From Botryllus schlosseri (taxonomy: Eukaryota), in NCBI GenBank assembly GCA_051294905.1, contig CM119372.1:25422001-25486000 (forward strand): a DNA stretch of 64,000 nt, read 5' to 3'. Both the position numbers and the translations under genes were made by a program. Every line of letters begins with the position of its first letter. Positions within the stretch are counted from its first letter, which is position 1. The notes below the pieces were generated by a model. The model saw nothing but the letters and a program-made list of their open reading frames with translations, had not been told where the DNA came from and ran no database searches. Shown piece by piece: positions 13,748-26,330 of the stretch.

Positions 13748-14260
13748 CGTCATTGTGAATATATCGACTGATCTTATTGTGAACATGACTGTATTTATTG
13801 TGAACATGTGACTATTCTTATTTTGAACAAAACTGTCATTATTGTGAGCATAATCGAACCAACTGTCCTCGAAATATATGATGAAGTCTGAACATATGTT
13901 GAAATATATTGTAGGCTTGCTTAATTGAAAAGACTTCTGAATTTTTGGTCTAACGTGTGTGGGCTGAGACTCTGAGAGGTTTTGAGCAGATTGCAACTCG
14001 CTGGTCATTTAGCCTACCATTCAAATTTTAATATTCATTCAGTTTATAAATGTTTGTCAAATATCTACCTATACAAATAACAGGCAACTCATTCCTGGTT
14101 TACATGAAATAGATGAATTAAAACGAATTGAAACAGGCAAGATTGGCGCAAGAGGAAGGGGGAGTCAACTGGCCTCACACAATTTATTGCAAAAATGTAC
14201 CATGATTCCAACCGTAGGCCTACTTCCCTCTTAGTGTCGCCAAGTAATCTCAATCTATAG

Positions 14261-14916
14261 CAGTGATTCTCAATCTCTGGTCCGTGGCAAGTTTCCTGCC
14301 GGTCCGCCGAATATATTAGAACTTTGTATCTAATTCCACGATGCAAGAAGTTGGACTCTTGTCCAATAGTTATAGAAGACATCAAATTTTAATTTTATTC
14401 GGACGTTTCAATGTTTTTTTGTATGTTGTATTAATATAGAATTCATGTTCTACTTCGCGCATATGTCACAATGATCCAAGTGTCGCGCGAAACTGTTTAA
14501 AAGTAGGCTAGCCTCCAAAGCTTGAAAGCTACATAGACTTTGAACAAACTTCGTTAAATTCCAACAGTCCAAGTAAGAGACACTTGGCAGTATAATAGAG
14601 GCTATAGAAAACGGCAAAAGTTGCATTTCTTTCAAACGATACCGAAAAATCACAGACGAGTTAGTGTTCTATAACAAGACTTCATGAACTTCGTCTCGCA
14701 GTAGTTTCAATAGTAACCCGTGTAAATATCTAATATCAAAAAGATAGCATGAAATGAAGTTTTCAATGTTACATGGGACTGGGAGTTGCGTATACGGCAT
14801 TTGTTGTAATAAAATCTAGGGTTAATTTTGATTTCTCATTTCTGAAGGTTCACCGGTCCATAACATTTGGTTTCAAGTGTTACAGGTCCGCGAGGTCAAA
14901 AAGGTTAACAACACTG
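14261..14916. mobile_element. hAT (Charlie/Buster-type) MITE
   Basis: CAGTGATTCTCAA...TTAACAACACTG ends; perfect 8-bp TSD ATCTATAG. Confidence 0.8.
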
Positions 14917-17900
14917 ATCTATAGGTTAGAATTATACAGCAAACAGAGAAATAACCTAAGCGCTTTACCCCTAATAACATATTACACCCGAAACGCTCAA
15001 CCTCTTACAACGAGATGCGAGATCTAAATCATAACTATGAAAGTACACTGTCTAGCTAATACAGACCCAATTACAATGTACTGCATATAGATAAATGGCT
15101 GTGTAGACAGAGGAGTTAATTAAAATGTAATGCATCTAGATAAATCAAATGGCTGTCTGTCTGTAGACTGGAGATTTTTCAAGCGTCTCTACACTATATT
15201 ATATTTTCGTGACCACAGCCCCACAGCTATACGAATACCTAGAATAATATGCCGTACTTGGGTCGTATTGACATCCTCCTATCTGTACATAACATAGCAT
15301 TGTACACTGTGCGTCAGTGCGGATGAAAATAGTACAGAAACGCTGTTCCGGCTCTTTCCTATATATACGGTGATGTTATGAATTGATGGAAAATGTTTAG
15401 TAAACTAAACTGAATGGTACCTCTTCTATCGTACCACCTTTTTCATTGATGTTTCACATGTGCATCAACCATCATTCCACTCCACAGCCATGAGCCGTTA
15501 CCATCAACGACTAGTGACTAGTGAGCATGAGTAGAGTACTGACTACTGAGCAGCAGAGATGCCACTGAGATATTTTGGAAAAACCAAGATTCGGACGTTG
15601 AAAAAACCCAGAAAAACCCAGATCCTGTATTTCACTCAAATTTATATGATATAGCTGTAAAACAGTGACTGAGAGTCATCAATGACAGTTATACGGACAC
15701 AGAAGAAGTTTTAGCCCTTGATATTGAAATCCCAACTGTGCATTGTCATACTATACATTTTGCTGTTAAATGAGCAAATCCATCGAAATATGATGCTTTC
15801 CTCTCGACACATTGCTACGGGCATTCGGTAAGGGGGGTAGGTCAATACGTGGTTTATTATATATTCGTAATGTTTGTCACAATGCTAACCCCCATCTATG
15901 ATGAGGATGATTTTAGGGTAGTTCCAGTGACGGTGAGCTGACCAGATATATTAAAAATAGCTTTCGATTCATTAAACCTGGGACAAGCACTTTTATCTGG
16001 GATGTTTAGTCGAAAAAGAAACTGCCAGATCATGAAATTAAGGGTACATTTGAATTTGACAAACCCCTCTCACTCTGAATAACTTGCCCGGGTGCCCATG
16101 CAAACTCTCTCTTTGAGTGTCCCTGTTGAAAGTGAATATACTCTGATGTCAACATGGTAGATTAGTTAGATCAACATTTGGCCTTTCCATGTGCATTAAT
16201 TGCATACTTTACAGCAGTTACATACTATTTACTGACACACAACGAATTTGTTGCAGCGCTAGCATTCAAGTCCTAAATCGTTTTGAGTTGCAAAACAAAT
16301 GCTCCAGAGTTGCCTTGTGAAAATGACTTTCTGCGACCTAGTAGTCAGTATTCAATTAAGCTCTCTCATCACGCCAAGACCTCTCATTTTAATAATAAAT
16401 GGGTATCTTTAGACTCTGCCGTTTCAATCGCAGTAGAATCCGTCGACATCATAAGATCTTACTAAGCTAATAATCAATTTTGCGCCGTGAAATTGACCTG
16501 ACAAACCTGATGTTGAAAAAAACCAAGATTTCAAGCACAAAAACCCAGAAACCCAGGTGATGCTCGAAAAACCCAGATCTGGGTGGAAAAACCCAGGAGT
16601 GGCATTATAGAGGATGTAGGATGGAGTGACGACCCATTGTTCTCTTCGATTGGATGCATTATGACGCTTTAGATAGGTCATGGTCTAGTGCTTAGGGACC
16701 GATGTTCTGTTGCGAATCAAAACTGTGTGCGGTAAGTAGCCCGTAGGTGAGTACTGCGCTGTCATTTTGATACTTGTATATGTCTATAGTCTGGTGGACT
16801 GATTGGTATGGATGAAGAAATGATATGGGAGGATTGGGAGGGAGTGACGGAAGAAATTATATATTTCTGCAGAGTCTTGGATAACTGGAGAGGAGCTTCG
16901 TGTACAGAATGTTCCACAATAAAGGAGCTTAAAACACGCCAACACCCATGATCATCCAACTCCCGACAGCAACATGGATGATGATAGAGCGATCTCCATA
17001 CTGAGGACTGCATGTGAGTCAGCCAACTGCTTCATAAAATCAGTACCACCATTCGAGCAGCTTAATCTAGATTCTATTTCATCATTCATAAAAGAGGTTA
17101 ATTCCAGATATTGTGGAGTTGGCGTGATTGAACCAGTTTTACCAATATTGTTCTAACATTTGCCACCAAGCTTCTTCGTTGTCTGGCTTTCCACAATGAG
17201 GTGCTGCAATGGTTTTGCTAAAGGTTTTCGATGAGTTGGTGCGTGTAAGAGGAAGAGTCTATTACTTCTGCTTCTGGTGTCAATCGACATGAGTCCGGTA
17301 AGGATTTATCATTTGCAAAATATTGTCAAAATAGTAGATGGTTTGATATTCACTTATGACATAAATATGGTATTCATGAATTTAGGCTCTCGAGATGCGT
17401 AATAATTCCTGAGGTGGTCAGTAACAAAGTAGGCCCTGATTCTACATTTTCTAAGTAGCCGATATAGGCTTACTCTAGCAGATTTTACCCACTTGCATGT
17501 ACTAGCGTTGGTTATTTTTTTTCACTACCTGTTAACTCACAGTAAAGGTGAGGCAAAAGTACTTACTTTTTGCACTCTCAATTTTGTAACGTAAGATTTT
17601 AGTTTGGATATAGCCATTATGTGTATGATTCAAAATGCCATAAAGAGGCATAAAGAGGGATTGCAGCAGTAACTACTTGAGTACATTTCAAATATTATAC
17701 ATCCACCTGAAGTGGTTTTTACATGTCGTGCTGGCAAATTTTTCCAGATAACGGAGAGAAAGAAATACCGCCTAAAATATCCGTCAAGTAAGTTCACTGG
17801 TATTCTATTCAGATTTTCATTCTCCATGGAAAGGAAGCATCAAAACAAACAGTAAACAGTATCCTCGGATAAATTCGTCAAGACCATTGATATCAAAAAT

Positions 17901-18672
17901 TGGTTGATTTAATAGTTTTACAGACTTATGAAAGTGTGGAGATCCTGGAGGATGTACTGGACAAGTCCATGATGCACTTTAGGAGGATTTTTTTAACATA
18001 GTTTTGTTCGCTATGCCTTTCAGAAAAAGCAAGCCAAAATTTCTAAATATTCAAAAGGGTTACGTGATGGATTGAAGGAGGTATCTAAAGTTAAAAATTA
18101 GCCTTTCTCCCAACAGTTTTTTTCCCTATGGGACGAGTGCTGCCTATTCCCATAGGGGTTCCTTCTGTCGCCAAGGAAACCAATGCAAAGGTTGGAACCT
18201 TGACGTGGTGTGTTGGCTTTTACACTAATACCGACCGGCAGCGTCTCTCAATACAAATCACTTGTTCCATACCGAGAACAGATTTACCAAAGGTATAAAA
18301 TTAGCACATTCGTCAATGTTACTCAACAGCATCATAAAAAAAATCGGTTACAACTTCACACTGTGGAGCTCTGTACACCAACACAAAGTCTCATTCCCAA
18401 CCTATACATTTGGATACGCCAAATTTCAAAAAGTAACGGACATTAGCAATTGCATATATGTATTCAAAAATTGCTGAAGAGTAGAAAATTTCAAATCACA
18501 ATTCTGAATCAGTTAGGCTGAACTTTTCTATCCATGAAATGCAGCTGAGTCAATAATCAGATTGCTTGAAAGAAAAATCCCGAAAAATAGTTTCATAGTA
18601 ACATAATATGAATTGATCACCCATAATTCATTCAATTTATGATGTAGGCTACCTCAAGATTGGTACAATTTC

Positions 18673-19520
18673 ATCATCATCATTGATTTATGAGCAATTT
18701 TATCAGTTCAATACACCACAAAAATGCGATACGATGAGAGACAGGAAGATGTCGAAGCGACTAGGAGTAGTCTATGGAATCTGACACCCACCTTGGCCTA
18801 GGCCAGTGGTTCCCAACGTGGGCGATTTGGCGGTCTAGGGGGGCGAAAATGACGAAGGGGGCGATAATGGACAAAGGGGGCGACGGGGGTGGAAATAGCG
18901 AAGGGGGCGATGACGCGTCAAAATGGCTGACCTTTTTTTTTAAAATCAACCCGCAGAAATTTTGTTACAAAGGTGTGTCAAATTAGCCATCGAGCCGAAA
19001 ATTTGACCTTTTTTTTAGTCAACCCGCCGGTGATTACAGTTTGTATGCCCAATTTTCGGTACACAAAATTTGGAGGGGGCGATGATCGGTGTGGATCTTG
19101 AAAAGGTGTGGATCTTGAAAAGGTGGCGATGGGTCGAAAAAGGTTGGGAACCATTGGCCTAGGCGATGTCAAGGAGGCATTCACACTGAATGAAAGTAAA
19201 GAAGATAGTATAGAAAAAGAAAGCGACAAGGAATAGGGCGGCATGGCATGGAAAGCGAGATCGATAGGTCAGTCGTGGTCCGGTAATCTTGAGGATGGAC
19301 TGTATTCATTTAGTAGTAATTGCTTGTATTTCGACTTGAATGTGGACATGCTTGTCGACTATCGGATGGCCGGCGGGATACTGTTCCACACATCTGGTCT
19401 GGTCATATGATATTTGGAAGACGTGGATGCGCGTGTGTTGTACTTGTGCGCTTTTGCTTCCGAGGTGAAGAAGTCATTGAAATATTCGGGGCAACGACCG
19501 GAGTGGAACTGATACATAAA
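18673..19520 (-). mobile_element. CR1/L2-group LINE 3' fragment (same family as 22133-23617), interrupted by a hAT MITE
   Basis: Reverse complement of ~23090-23617, including the (ATG)n tail. Confidence 0.85.
18804..19156. mobile_element. hAT MITE nested in the LINE 3' UTR
   Basis: CAGTGGTTCCCAAC...GTTGGGAACCATTG; perfect TSD GCCTAGGC. Confidence 0.85.
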
Positions 19521-22085
19521 CTTGGTGATTTCTTCATCATATCCTCATTCTTCGATGAACAAGTTACCATTTCTCTTACTGAAGCTCCAGACGTCTGCAT
19601 AAAATATAAGGGTATATGTGAATCATGTTTAAAACTGCAATCAATCGATATATGATTACTTACCCCTGTATGATTTACTTAATTTTTGTTATGAGAGGAC
19701 AACATCCTTGATTTCGATGTGATGGAGTTTCTCTGGAAGTTGCTCCCGAACTGCAGGTCATTTTTCTACCTCCTTCGGCAAATTCGAGCATCAGGTTCAC
19801 TGGGACCATTAGGCAGCTTCTAATGAATAAGATATTCATGGATAAGATATTCATGATGCTTCCTCTCATCTGCTTCCGCCATTAAATCAGGTCTACGAAT
19901 CCTGAAGTCTGAAGAATGATCCTTTTTGTTCTTTACTAGCCCGTTTATTAGAGTAACTGCAGCCTTAAATCGCGCAATGAGTCGTCATATTCCGTACACT
20001 AACTGTTCAACTGCACCTGTTATGAGAACAGACCTGGCGACTAACTAAATCGCGAGAAAATCGTCCAACAGCAGAATAAAATGCCATTCCACAAGCGCTG
20101 CAGCTGATATTATTTACCTTAGCGACGCGCGTTGTCCCTAATCACTCAAGCGTAGCCAGCCTAAACGGAGAACAATGGGTCGTCACTCCATCCTACATCC
20201 TCTATAGTGGCATCTCTGCTGAGCAGCCTTGCCAACTCTTGAGTCCTGAACCGATGGACCAGAATCCCTCATCCTGCACTTGAAAATCGCTAGATGTCGC
20301 TAAATGTTAAAGGGGCACTGCGCTCTAAAAATGATGTGGTCTCAAATTGAAGGTAAAAACGAACAAAATTTTTTGGCCGCGGCCATTTCCTTCAGAACGT
20401 CACCGTAATGGAGCTGCAATTTATTGAAATTTCTACAAGACCAGCTGCCGCGGCTGCTTAACCCGCTACATGGCACGATATCTTCACCGTCGCACTTGCT
20501 CGACGCGATTAGGCAGTCACGCAGAGAACGAATTTTAGATAGTTGTCAGCCGATGTTATGAAGGAAATGTGTCTAAAGGCTATAATAATTTCCAGAGTCA
20601 CTATAGGTACCATATGTCGGCAATCTGAAAAGAGGATACTTTTTCAAAATTTTCAAACTTGGAATGGTAAATTTTTTCCGACTTAGTGGCAGGTTGACTA
20701 AAAATAAGGTCAACTTTCCGGCTCAGCTTCCGAAATAGCCGCCGGAGCGCTACTTCAGTGATGATTTACTGTATCTCAGTCCAATTTTACCATATTTACC
20801 ATATAGTTAACCAAAATTCTCAAAAAAGAGGACATTTGGGGGTCCCCCGTGGACACTTTAAAAAAAGTCAAAAAAGAGGACAAATCCTCTTAAAAGAGGA
20901 CGTATGGTGAACCTACCATATGTCACTCTGAGATTAAAGTCAATGTAGGCCGCGTCAATGCATATCTTATATGTCCAAGTCTTTGCTTTAGCACTGTAAC
21001 AGCTGTCCCAGCAGGGGGCCAATAATCTTCTCACGCACCCCTGCACCCAACCTCGTTTCTCCTGACCTTAATCTTATTGACAAAGTAGGCTAGTCTGCGA
21101 GGCACGTGTTCTCAGAGCTCTCATATTGAGGTTGGCGCGCTCGCTCTTCAGTCGTAAGATAGACAATTGCATGGCTTCATTTCGCTTCATTTATTCTTTT
21201 ATATTTCTTAGTGTACCACAGTATCATTTGAACCTGGTAAATCTACAAGTTTCTGACCACTAATTACTACTATTTGGCTGTTCTGTGCTATTAAAGAAAG
21301 CTCCTTGGATCTGCGTGTGTGATCAGGATTAAACGAGTACTCAGAGCGGTAATTAGTCAGTTGACTAGTGCGTTCAATAGGAACTGTAGCCGTAGCGTCG
21401 ACTCCAATCAAGCAATATACCAGCGTGTCTTGCAACAAGTCATTGCATCGACCGCTACAAGCACTTTAGCACCACTTTTTGAGCGCATCCACATTCGGAT
21501 CTCAGCTGCCGAAATTGTTCGATTTGGCCTCGTTCTTTTGTGCATGCTGTCTGTTACTAGAGGGATCGTCGATGAGGAGCCCAGCCAAATTTCCAACACA
21601 TAGAAACTAGAAGGAGCCGAGGCTCGAACCAGTTACGAATGGTGTCTTGACAATCTCAACTTCAGCGAGGCGGTCAAATAGTGACCAGCGTAGCCACTCG
21701 ATTAGAAGTAGAAGAAATTACAATCACAGGAAAAATATAAGCTACTTCAAGTATAAGTAATAAACCAAAATCTGAAAAGCACTAAACGAAGTAACTTTAA
21801 AAACTAGAGTTGGTCGATGGATCGCAAACTTTTAGCAATCAATCAGCAATTCATCGCCCAGTTGTGACAATGACGATCTCATAAAAGCGAGGCAAGAGCA
21901 TATCTCATAACTATACTCTATACTTCACAAAATCCCAAGTTTAAAAAGTAAGAAGTTTTGCAAAACAGAAGTGAATGTAAATAGCCTACACCGCGTCTCT
22001 CTCATTTATGTTTCAGCTTCGTATTTAGCCTATATAGGTTATAGCCAATTATAATGCTGAACGCAAACAAATACCTGTTTTGAAT

Positions 22086-24428
22086 CAGAGGTCTCAAACA
22101 CGCGGCCCGCGACGGTATTTTGGATTTCGAAGTATTCGAAATCCCGCCTGTCCTCATTCCTCGCCAAAATGTCTGTCATTTCCCCTCAACAATTTGGCTT
22201 CCGAAACAAACACCAAACCGCTCATGCCCTCCTAACAGTGGCCGAACAGTACTATGATATCTCAGAGAAGCGAAATGTGGGATGTAGCATTTTTCTCGAC
22301 CTAAAAAAAGCGTTTGACTGCGTGGATCATAAAATTCTCATCTCGAAATTGGCGCGTTACGGACTTACCTCACTGGACGCCAACAAATGGTTGCGATCTC
22401 AGACACCTTGTCCTCTCCTCACCCGGTGACCTGTGGTGTGCCCCAGGGCTCAGTACTTGGACCGGTCCTTTTCACCTTATATGTCAACGACATTTTTGAA
22501 ACCTCCTCATTGAACACCACACTGTTCGCTGATGATACTCACCTCCTCTCTTCCGCATCTTCGACGGCAGAGCTGGATGCCCTGACTGGTGACCAAATGC
22601 CCAAAGTCCATGACTGGACGGCCCAGAACAACCTTTGCATAAACGCCTCGAAATCGCAATTGCTGACAGTCAATTCAAAAAATAACCTTTAGAACCGTTA
22701 ATATCGCTGGTCAGCCCGTTTCCAACAATGATAATGCCAAATATCTCGGAGTTTTACTGGACTCGAACATGTCCTGGAAGAGTCATATTCAGTCCCTAGA
22801 AACTAAATTATCACCGAAGTGCGGCCTGTTCTACAGCCTTGGGCGTTTCATGCCAGCATGGGTTCTCCTGATACTCTTTAAATCATTAATCCAATCGAAG
22901 TTACATTATGGCATCCTCTGTTGGGGGGCTGCCAGTAAAACTGCACTCAAGCCACTGCAGAAACTACAGCATAAAGTGCTCCGAATCATAGCTAGGGCCC
23001 CAAAGGGGCCTGGCTGCCCATCCAATAAGTCGCTGCTGAAGAGATTCGGCGTCCTAAACATAGAAGATATGCGGAAACTAGAAATCGCCAAGTTTATGTA
23101 TCAGTTTCACTGCGGTCGTTGCCCCGAATATTTCAATGACTTCTTTACCTCTGAATCAAAAGCGCACAAGTACAACACACGCGCGTCCACGTCGTCCAAA
23201 TATCATATGATCGACCGAAAAGATCATCGCTCCATCAAATATGCCGGACCTGATGTGTGGAACAGTATCCCGCCGGCCATCCGACAGTCGACGAGCATGT
23301 CCACATTCAAGTCGAAATACAAGCAATTACTACTAAATAAATACAGTCCATCCTCAAGATTACCGGACCACGACTGACCTATCGATTTCGCTTCCCATGA
23401 CATGCCGCCCTATTTCTTATCGCTTTCTTTTTCTATCCTGTATTCTTTACTTTCATTCAGTGTGCATGCCTCCTCTTTACTACGCCTAGGCCAAGGTGGG
23501 TGTCCGATTCCATTGACAAATCCAAGTCGCTTCGACATCTTCCTGTCTATTCATTGTATCGCATTTTTGTGGTGTATTGAACTGATAAAATTGCTAATAA
23601 ACCAATGATGATGATGATCGACAATATTTAACTGCCAAATATCTTTTTTTTTGGAAACTAGAAATTCGCCCCAAAACTACTCCAGAAGCCTGAAACTACT
23701 CCTCAAACTTCACTATTACATCACTTTCAAAAGTTACCACGCAGTGGAAGATCAATGAATACTTGGGGCGATTTGACATTTCTATTGCTATGGCACATGT
23801 AATCATTATATTCAAGTTGCTATAGATCTGTTCCAATATTCGAAGGTAAATCTAACGCTGATTTAATTTGACTTAGGTAATGACATGATCAATAGTCTTG
23901 TTATCAAGAGTATGTCCGAAACCCGGATTAGGCTGCACTGTTCCACTGCTCCGATATCAGATCAATCTTTGTAAAATTCTAAAATATTCTACCTATAATT
24001 GTGACACGTCAAATGTCCGGTAGGTGCAAAATTATAACGCGACAGCTTTGACGATGTCCTGATGCATTTGTACTCTCGCATTATAGAATGTATTTTTTTT
24101 TACATTCTCTACTCGCATGGTGTCTACAACTGAATATATAGCAACTATGCCAAGTACAGCAACAATTTTATTCAAATATTTTAAAACGTGATTTTTTTCG
24201 TGCCAGGCGTGAATTCACTAGGTTCTCAGCCGTGTTTTGGCCGTGGCCCACCTCTTACAATAGTAAATCACATTTTCAAGATGAGTGTGGAATGTCAGTC
24301 TGCATGGTCCCGTCAAATAAGGCCTACTCGGAAATACATTGAATTCCCCTATTATCGGTGCTGCGGCCCGCGGCGCTTTCAAAAAGTAGGGAATTGGCCC
24401 GCCAGCACATTTGAGTTTGAGACCTCTG
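22086..24428. mobile_element. hAT MITE (CAGAGGTCTCAAAC TIR) hosting the LINE; diverged partial duplicate at ~24490-24990 and another end at ~36334-36470
   Basis: TIR pair CAGAGGTCTCAAAC / GTTTGAGACCTCTG with cggcccgc subterminal motifs; TSD degraded. Confidence 0.65.
22133..23617 (+). mobile_element. 5'-truncated non-LTR retrotransposon (CR1/L2 group), frameshifted RT pseudo-ORF plus 3' UTR
   Basis: RT motifs QFGFR, FLDLKKAFDCVDH, GVPQGSVLGP, LFADD, KYLG, then HKYNTR...WNSIP spread across ORFs 22169-22429, 22387-22692 and 22769-23377; ends in an (ATG)n tail. Confidence 0.92.
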
Positions 24429-25674
24429 TTCTAAAACTACTACTAAAACACGAAAGCACAAAGGGTAAGGTCGCAATAAACACTGCAAGCACATCTAACG
24501 TTGATTTAATTTGACCTTGGGAATGACAGGAGCAAACGCCTACTCATCAGGACTATAATTCCATAGATCCAGATTAGGCAACACTGCTCAAATGTTCCGA
24601 TGTCAGATCAATCTTTAATAAATTCTAAAATATTCTATCTGTAATTGTGGCACGTCACATGTCCACTTAGCTGCAATATTAAGACGCAACAGATTTTACG
24701 TTGTCATGATGCATTTGCCATCTCCCATGGTATCAATAACTCACTATTTTGACGAATTATTCCCAGCACAAAAATAATAATTTTATTCAAATGTTAGAAA
24801 ATGTTTTTTTTTTTCATACATGTGATTACATTTACACGATGTTTGTGGAATATGCCAATCTGCAAGGTCCCTTTAAATAAGGCCTATTTGGAAATGATAC
24901 ATTGAATACCCCTTATTGATGCTATGTGGCCCGCGGCGTCATCAAAACTAGTAAATTGGCCCGCAAGCACATTTGAGTTTGAGATATCTGTTTTAAATGC
25001 TAGGCCTATACCGTCGAGCTAAAAAGTCTCCCCACCTCTGCGGTAGACCTAGCTGTAAACCCCGGGATTCCAGCTCGCAAATTAGAGAGTAGTATACTAT
25101 GATATACGCCAGGGGTTCTTGAAGTATGGGTCGCGAAGAGTATATAGTTTTGGGTCTCGACCGCACTAGAGCAATCTTTTAATATGTAGTGCAGGCCTAT
25201 GTCAAATTTGTTGAATTTCTTGCAACGAAAGAATTTCTTCGCGATTCGCGCGCTTACCCGTGGTTGGTTTCTAGGGATGGTGTGAACCTCTGAAAGGTTC
25301 AGGTTCGTGTGAACGCGAACCTTTTTAAAAGGTTCTGTGTGAACGCGAACGTGAACCTCATGACGTCACGAGACGTCATATTGCAATTCTAACCATGCAT
25401 TTCAGTGAAGTGATAACCTCTATTAATGTACGTACACTGTACAGCAGGGGCAGGCAACTTCTCCAGTCGGCGGGCCGGATATAGGAAAATTAAGTACTTG
25501 ACGGGCCGGATTGCTGAATCGATAGATTGTTCAATGTTCACCCATTTATTCAATTATACAAGGAATAAATCGTATTTTAAGAATGTATTTTAACGACAGC
25601 AATGTCATTTCGAAGCGATTTCTCGCCGACAATGACGATGACAATGTGGAGTTGAGAACCGCATTGTCATACAG

Positions 25675-25983
25675 CAGTAGTTCTCAAAGATTTTAAACAC
25701 GCCTCCTTTTTGATGGTGATAAATTCCGCGCCCCCCTTCCTTATCATAATATCACAAAATATCAAAGAGATAAATCAGAATGCTAGCCATCTCAACGGAT
25801 AGTTTGATGGCATTAAAGGTTATGGCTATTCATGAGAGAGTTCTCAGATATGAAATTCGTACAATATACAGAGTAATCACCATAAGCTGGAGGTAAATCG
25901 CGCGGAGCGCGAAAAATTTCCAGTTAACTGTGACTTCGCGCCACCTTCAGATACTTTCCCATCCCCCAGCTTGAGAACCGCTG
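25675..25983. mobile_element. Innermost hAT MITE
   Basis: CAGTAGTTCTCAA...TTGAGAACCGCTG; TSD TCATACAG/TCATACAT (7 of 8). Confidence 0.7.
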
Positions 25984-26090
25984 TCATACATGCACCACCA
26001 TGTCTGCTTCTCTCTGATCAATCAACACAACAAGGTGCAATCCTAAATTATGATTTTAAGACGTTCGATAAGCCCGGTACCCCAAATTTA

Positions 26091-26330
26091 GTAGGTGGCG
26101 AGATAGCGTAGTTGTATAATCCACAGCTACAAAACCAATGTGTTGTGGGTTCGAATCCGACTCCAGAATTCCTATCTAAGACTTCAAGCTTTATCTAGGC
26201 TCCACCTCGCCATCTCATCGGCATAATTATTAAGCTGTATATCACAAAAGCTTGGCTGGACGTGTGCCGTGCTACCAGCAGTTGGCGGTTACGGAATGAA
26301 AAATAAGAAATATCGGCCAGGTGTAAATGA
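26091..26330 (+). mobile_element. tRNA-derived SINE
   Basis: A-box-like GATAGCGTAGTTG and B box GGTTCGAATCC, followed by a body (tttatctaggctcc) shared with 4320-4540, 60995-61110 and 62915-63190. Confidence 0.65.

Larger units (their letters stand above)
16606..20206 (-). mobile_element. P-element-like transposon with a degenerate THAP-domain remnant
   Basis: Perfect 39-bp TIR TATAGAGGATGTAGGATGGAGTGACGACCCATTGTTCTC; 7-bp TSD GTGGCAT. The minus strand from 19988 reads MTTHCAI*GCSYSNKRASKEQKGSFFRL, a THAP-like N-terminus with a stop codon. Confidence 0.75.
15554..20218. mobile_element. DNA transposon (CAGAGATGCCAC TIR) whose right TIR is interrupted by a nested element
   Basis: CAGAGATGCCAC at 15554 and GTGGCATCTCTG ending at 20218; perfect 8-bp TSD CTGAGCAG; subterminal aaaaacccag repeats at both ends of its own sequence (~15580-15620, ~16515-16597). 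Confidence 0.8.

Noticed and set aside
13281..13811. 176-aa repetitive ORF and CRISPR-like repeat spacing
   Set aside because: The ORFs are by-products of a palindromic repeat element. The linkers are themselves repeated rather than unique spacers, the array inverts midway, and the context is eukaryotic with no cas genes.
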